From an uncultured Planctomycetales bacterium (GTDB lineage Bacteria; Omnitrophota; Gorgyraeia; Zapsychrales; JAHFFX01): a stretch of DNA of 64,000 bases. Position 1 is the stretch's first letter. The number at the start of each line of letters is the position of its first letter. The DNA lies in NCBI GenBank assembly GCA_964464475.1, contig CAYXGG010000007.1, positions 5,305 to 69,304 on the forward strand, in the 5' to 3' direction. Below are positions 59,827 to 64,000 of the stretch, piece by piece. Both the position numbers and the translations under genes were made by a program. The notes under the pieces were generated by a model. It saw nothing but the letters and a program-made list of their open reading frames with translations, ran no database searches and had not been told where the DNA came from.

Positions 59827-60855
59827 TTAATCACCATTATTCCCTGAACTTGACCCACTTCGGTTAAGGAGAATAAGGTTGGAGGATGTCCCTGTCCTCC
59901 ACTCCCGAATTCTTCTTAGCATTTCCGGTGAAATGCGATTAGATCCGTTATTCGGCAGTCCCGGATAGTAAATATGGAAACTTATTTGACATACTTGCCT
60001 CATGGTGGCAATGAGCATTTGAGCTTCAATTTCTAGATTAATCGCCTCTTCTTCAAGGTCTGATTGCTCTGACGGGATATTTCGAAATGCGTCATTAAGT
60101 CGGTCGCTTACTTCCCTAATGGCCGAACGTTGATTCGTCGAATCAGTCAAGTATTGGTTGGCCAGTATCCAAACTCTGCGGACATCAAATACTAACAGTA
60201 AATCATGATTGTGGATCGCCGTGTTGTTGATAATCGCTTGCGTTTCATTCTTAATTAGATCCGTCCAGTTTGCCACAATTCCCAACGATAGGCTCATCGC
60301 CGTGGCATAGTCATAAATGTCACGGTTGTAGTTGGTGGTTAAAGGGTCCACTTGATAGTTAGCAAAATTAAGGCAATCTGTTTTTAAATTTGTAAGGGCA
60401 TTTACTAGGCCTCCCAGTGTTGATAATAGCCGTCGGGCCTCATCCGAAGGTGTTTCATTAACCGGTGAGGCAATGCCTTCCACCGCAGGGTCGTTGAATA
60501 ATTCATTAAAACTTGCGATTTGCGTGGTTAAATCATCCATGATCGTTCTTAATTCGGTTATGTGCGTGTCGTATTGTCGAAGAAAATCATTAAGTAATCC
60601 ACGGTTTTGTTGAACCACGGGGAATGTTTCAAAAAGAACTTGGTTGCGATCAAAGGAGCGTTCCAAATGGCGCAAGATTAATCGAAAACGCACGTATTGA
60701 TCGTAACCTTCCGTGCAACGATGCTGTTCGGCGGTGGTTCGTAATGCCTCGACCCTTTCTTTTACTTCGCCGATTTGGGCGAATGTGGCCTGGAACCCGG
60801 AAGCCAGTGTCAGCATTGTAGCGAGGATAAAGATTTTAGTCATCGATTTTTTCAT
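59827..60855 (-). CDS. hypothetical secreted alpha-helical protein
   Basis: TFA|Q signal peptide; long amphipathic helices; 342 aa. Confidence 0.7.
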   Translation of the reverse strand: MKKSMTKIFILATMLTLASGFQATFAQIGEVKERVEALRTTAEQHRCTEGYDQYVRFRLILRHLERSFDRNQVLFETFPVVQQNRGLLNDFLRQYDTHITELRTIMDDLTTQIASFNELFNDPAVEGIASPVNETPSDEARRLLSTLGGLVNALTNLKTDCLNFANYQVDPLTTNYNRDIYDYATAMSLSLGIVANWTDLIKNETQAIINNTAIHNHDLLLVFDVRRVWILANQYLTDSTNQRSAIREVSDRLNDAFRNIPSEQSDLEEEAINLEIEAQMLIATMRQVCQISFHIYYPGLPNNGSNRISPEMLRRIREWRTGTSSNLILLNRSGSSSGNNGD

Positions 60856-60873
60856 GGCGATTTTTATAGTTTT

Positions 60874-61887
60874 TTATTTTATATAAATTCGTTCTTCCAA
60901 GTCACGAATGTTGTCTTTAGGGTTAAGGGAACACTCCTCTCCCGAGCAGTTCCTGGCCGCGGGTTTTAAAAAACAGGCCCGCTGGGCCATGGGTAAGAGT
61001 TGTTCTATTTGGGGCACAAGGTTGGCTGCTGTTTCAGGAATATCTTGCTGCTCTCCGTTTAAATGGTCGTTGTGTTCATCCAACCAATGGCGAAAGAATT
61101 CTCCGGTCGCCATGGCATCCTCCGCGCGGCCAAGTAATAATTCAACTTGCAGTTTGAAATGTTTGGTGGCTTGCCAAGTGTTGTAAGTGTTGCGGTGCAA
61201 AGATTCGCTGGGAATGACGTTAGTTAATGAGGTTTTGATGGCATTAAGGAGATTAAACATTCGTCGGTGATAGTCTCTCATTTGAAACAGTGCTTGGGCC
61301 CCGTTGCCTAAGCGGGTATTGTATTCAGCGGGATTACGTGCCGCATGGGGTCTGAAGTACCGTTGGTCAAGTTCAAAGTTAATGAGTTGATTGTTAATCG
61401 GGATGATTTGATCAATGATCGGCTGTAAATTTCTCCAGGCGTCGACCATCCGCTGGGCGAATTCATCCACCGAATCGGGGTCGTCCACAAATCCCCCTCC
61501 TCCTGAAGCGGAAAGGTTTTCGAAAGGTTGAATACTGGCCTCCAGAATTGTCAGGGCGTTGCGTAAAGTTCCCTGATCGGGGCGGTTGTTCTCATCCTCA
61601 TCCCGGGAGATTTGATTGCTGTAGTTGGTCTGGATAGACTGAAGGTTTTGTAAGTCATACGTATATAAAGGCTGCGCCATGGCGATAAATTCAGCCCGGG
61701 CCACCAACGCGTCCGACTCTTTTTTTATTTTGGCGGCTTCACGCCGGATGAGCTTTGCTTGTTTGCATTGGTATTTTTGTATTTGTTGGTTAGCCACCGT
61801 GACTTTTTCGGTGTCTAATTCCAGCGTTTGGGCGTAGACGGGTTGGGTTGTCAAAAGAATTAATGCGAGAAATTTGATGATTTTCAT
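60874..61887 (-). CDS. hypothetical secreted alpha-helical protein
   Basis: VYA|Q signal peptide; long amphipathic helices; 337 aa; overlaps the ispG stop. Confidence 0.7.
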   Translation of the reverse strand: MKIIKFLALILLTTQPVYAQTLELDTEKVTVANQQIQKYQCKQAKLIRREAAKIKKESDALVARAEFIAMAQPLYTYDLQNLQSIQTNYSNQISRDEDENNRPDQGTLRNALTILEASIQPFENLSASGGGGFVDDPDSVDEFAQRMVDAWRNLQPIIDQIIPINNQLINFELDQRYFRPHAARNPAEYNTRLGNGAQALFQMRDYHRRMFNLLNAIKTSLTNVIPSESLHRNTYNTWQATKHFKLQVELLLGRAEDAMATGEFFRHWLDEHNDHLNGEQQDIPETAANLVPQIEQLLPMAQRACFLKPAARNCSGEECSLNPKDNIRDLEERIYIK

Positions 61888-63125
61888 TTAAGATCCTCTT
61901 TCTGAGAGTTAGTGGTAAATTTTTTTTGTATGTAATTTTCTAATATTTGAGTGAATTCTTCCTTGATTTTTTCTCCCCGAAGGACTTTGAATTCTTTTCC
62001 ATCCACATAAACAGGGGCCACGGGTTTTTCCGATGCCCCGGGAAGGCTGATACCGATGTCCGCGTGGCGGGACTCGCCGGGTCCATTGACAACACAACCC
62101 ATGACAGCGATTTTCATCTTTTCAACGCCCGGGAATTGCTTTTTCCATAGGGGCATTTTGCGAACGATGTGATCGTTGATGTCTTGGGCGAGGATTTGAA
62201 AATAGTTGGAGCTCGTCCGTCCGCAGCCTGGGCAGCTGGTGACACTCGGTTTAAAGTAGCGCAGTCCCATGGCCTGAAGAATGTTTTTGCAGACGTCAAC
62301 TTCGCGTGAGCGGGGCACATTAGGTTGGGGTGTCAACGAAACCCGGATGGTGTCCCCAATGCCCTGCTGAAGCAAAATCGCTAAGGCAGCCGAACTGGAC
62401 GCGATGCCTTGTATGTCTCCCCCGGCTTCCGTTAAGCCAAGGTGCAGCGCGTAGTCGCACTTTTTAGCCAAACGGCTGTAAACGGTAACCATGTCTTGCA
62501 GGATGGACATTTTGCAGCTTAAGATAATTTTATTTTTAGGGCAACCGAGTTTTTCGGCCAGTTTGGCGCTGGCCAAGGCGCTGGTGAGCATGGCTTCATA
62601 AGTCACTTCTTTAAAATCTCGCGGTTTTTTTAGTTTCGCGTTTTTGTCCATTAGGGAAGTTAATAGTTCTTGATCCAGCGATCCCCAGTTAACGCCGATG
62701 CGGATGGCTTTTTTATATTTAACCGCGATATTAACAATCGCGCTAAAGTTTTCATCATGGCGTTCGCCTTTACCCACGTTACCGGGATTAATGCGATACT
62801 TATCTAAAGCTTGGGCGGTTTCGGGATGTTTGGTTAACAGGGTATGCCCATTAAAGTGAAAGTCGCCAACAATCGGGGTTTGATAGCCATTTTGCCGGAG
62901 GCGTTTGATGATGGCCGGTACCGCCAGCGCCGCGTCATCGTCATTGACCGTCCAGCGGACAAGTTCTGATCCCGCTTCGATGAGCTCCACCGTTTGCCGG
63001 TAGGTTTTTTCGATATCGGCGGTGGGCGTATCGGTCATCGATTGGATGACGACCGGAAAATCACTGCCTAATTTGACAGAACCGATGGTGACGGTGGTTA
63101 CTTTTCGTCTGGGAATGAGTTCCAT
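61884..63125 (-). CDS. ispG: (E)-4-hydroxy-3-methylbut-2-enyl-diphosphate synthase
   Basis: IQSMT, RINPGN, LHLGLTEAG, SCPGCGRT, MGCVVNGPGE. Confidence 0.97.
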   Translation of the reverse strand: MELIPRRKVTTVTIGSVKLGSDFPVVIQSMTDTPTADIEKTYRQTVELIEAGSELVRWTVNDDDAALAVPAIIKRLRQNGYQTPIVGDFHFNGHTLLTKHPETAQALDKYRINPGNVGKGERHDENFSAIVNIAVKYKKAIRIGVNWGSLDQELLTSLMDKNAKLKKPRDFKEVTYEAMLTSALASAKLAEKLGCPKNKIILSCKMSILQDMVTVYSRLAKKCDYALHLGLTEAGGDIQGIASSSAALAILLQQGIGDTIRVSLTPQPNVPRSREVDVCKNILQAMGLRYFKPSVTSCPGCGRTSSNYFQILAQDINDHIVRKMPLWKKQFPGVEKMKIAVMGCVVNGPGESRHADIGISLPGASEKPVAPVYVDGKEFKVLRGEKIKEEFTQILENYIQKKFTTNSQKEDLK

Positions 63126-63136
63126 GGGATGACTAG

Positions 63137-63274
63137 GTCACAAGACACACGTCACACGACACAAGTGATTTAATTTATCAGAAAGTTTTTAAATTCTAAA
63201 ACTTTTGAAATAAATTTTGTAATTGATTTAATAAGCCGTTCTCATTTTGTGACTTGTGTCTGGTGACTCGTGAA
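63137..63274. repeat. inverted heptamer-repeat element with ~82-bp AT-rich spacer
   Basis: Left arm GTCACAA GACACAC GTCACAC GACACAA (63137-63164); right arm TTGTGAC TTGTGTC TGGTGAC TCGTGAA (63247-63274). Confidence 0.8.
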
Positions 63275-63387
63275 TCCTTTCAAATAAATGTATTTTTTTA
63301 TTTAAATCACAATGTTATAATTTGCCCCATTATAAATAAATAACCTCGGGAGTTCAAAGCATTTCTCCCCCCTGTTTGGAGTTTGTT

Positions 63388-64000
63388 ATGGATATCTACT
63401 TAGCTAAAACACAAGGTTTTTGCGCCGGAGTGGCCAGCGCCGTGGAAATTGTGGAAGCGGCCTTGGTGAAGTATGGTGCTCCCTTATATGTGTTTCATGA
63501 AATTGTGCATAATACTTATGTGGTCAAAGATTTTCGCGCGCGTGGTGTTGTTTTTGTAGATGATGTCAACGAGGTCCCCCAGGGTAAACGGGTCATCTTT
63601 AGTGCTCATGGCGTGGCTCCCGAAGTCATTGAAACCGCCAAGCGTAAGCAGCTTAAATACATCGACGCGACGTGTCCGCTGGTTAATAAAGTGCATCGGG
63701 AAGCCATCCTCTTTTCTGAACGAGGTTATGAAATCGTTTTGATCGGTCATAAAGGCCATCAGGAGTTGATTGGGACGGCGGGGCATGTGTCTCCCCACCT
63801 TTTGCATATTGTTGAGAATGAAAAAGATATTGAGGAGTTAAAGATTGATCCCTCCAATACAGTGGGGTATTTGACGCAAACGACATTGTCGGTTACGGAG
63901 ACCAAGGGGTTAATTGAAAAATTAAAACAACGATTTCCTAAGTTAGTAGCCCCCCCGCGCGAGGATATTTGTTACGCGACTCAGAATCGACAAGACGCGG
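63388..64000 (+). CDS. ispH: 4-hydroxy-3-methylbut-2-enyl diphosphate reductase (truncated at window edge)
   Basis: Translated by hand: MDILLAKTQGFCAGV...HEIVHN...FSAHGV...DATCPLV.KVH...GHKGHQE...TQTTLS...DICYATQNRQ. Confidence 0.97.
   Translation, partial: MDIYLAKTQGFCAGVASAVEIVEAALVKYGAPLYVFHEIVHNTYVVKDFRARGVVFVDDVNEVPQGKRVIFSAHGVAPEVIETAKRKQLKYIDATCPLVNKVHREAILFSERGYEIVLIGHKGHQELIGTAGHVSPHLLHIVENEKDIEELKIDPSNTVGYLTQTTLSVTETKGLIEKLKQRFPKLVAPPREDICYATQNRQDA

Noticed and set aside
49995-61887. Prophage or genomic island call for the orphan-rich region
   Set aside because: No phage structural genes, recombinase, transposase or flanking direct repeats recognised.
63484-63886. Short ORFs near the right end
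   Set aside because: Shadows of the + strand ispH that runs off the window.

Overview
Bacterial chromosomal window, almost entirely encoded on the minus strand. Gene content and style suggest Ca. Omnitrophota or another PVC-type lineage (inference, not verified). In coordinate order: partial alaS, recX, degP/htrA, recA; a GT-C/TPR membrane protein, rsmE and a tRNA-Ala(CGC) with an unusual C33; a ~14.5 kb type IV pilus/T2SS-like locus (5 pilins, PilC, MshEN-PilB, secretin, PilP/O, PilM-N fusion, PilX-like) directly linked to a TonB-like/ExbD/ExbB/giant-TPR module, with no PilT in the window; uvrA; a small duplicated basic protein; a long biosynthetic run (nadX, panC, folK, dapL/B/A/F, lysA, argHGFDBJC, rpsI/rplM, truA, asd, leuB, fabF/acpP/fabG); a second pterin cluster (folE-folM-like-folX/folB-divergent folK); hisK, VOC and bcp; a ~180-nt rod-shaped 6S-like RNA candidate; a ~12 kb accessory region of orphan secreted/membrane proteins (fluC, GT2/GT-C pair, DUF5674 pair, dps, tandem secreted helical paralogs); then ispG and partial ispH. 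Two inverted heptamer-repeat elements (GWCACAA) are intergenic. No CRISPR array, rRNA, integrase or transposase was seen.
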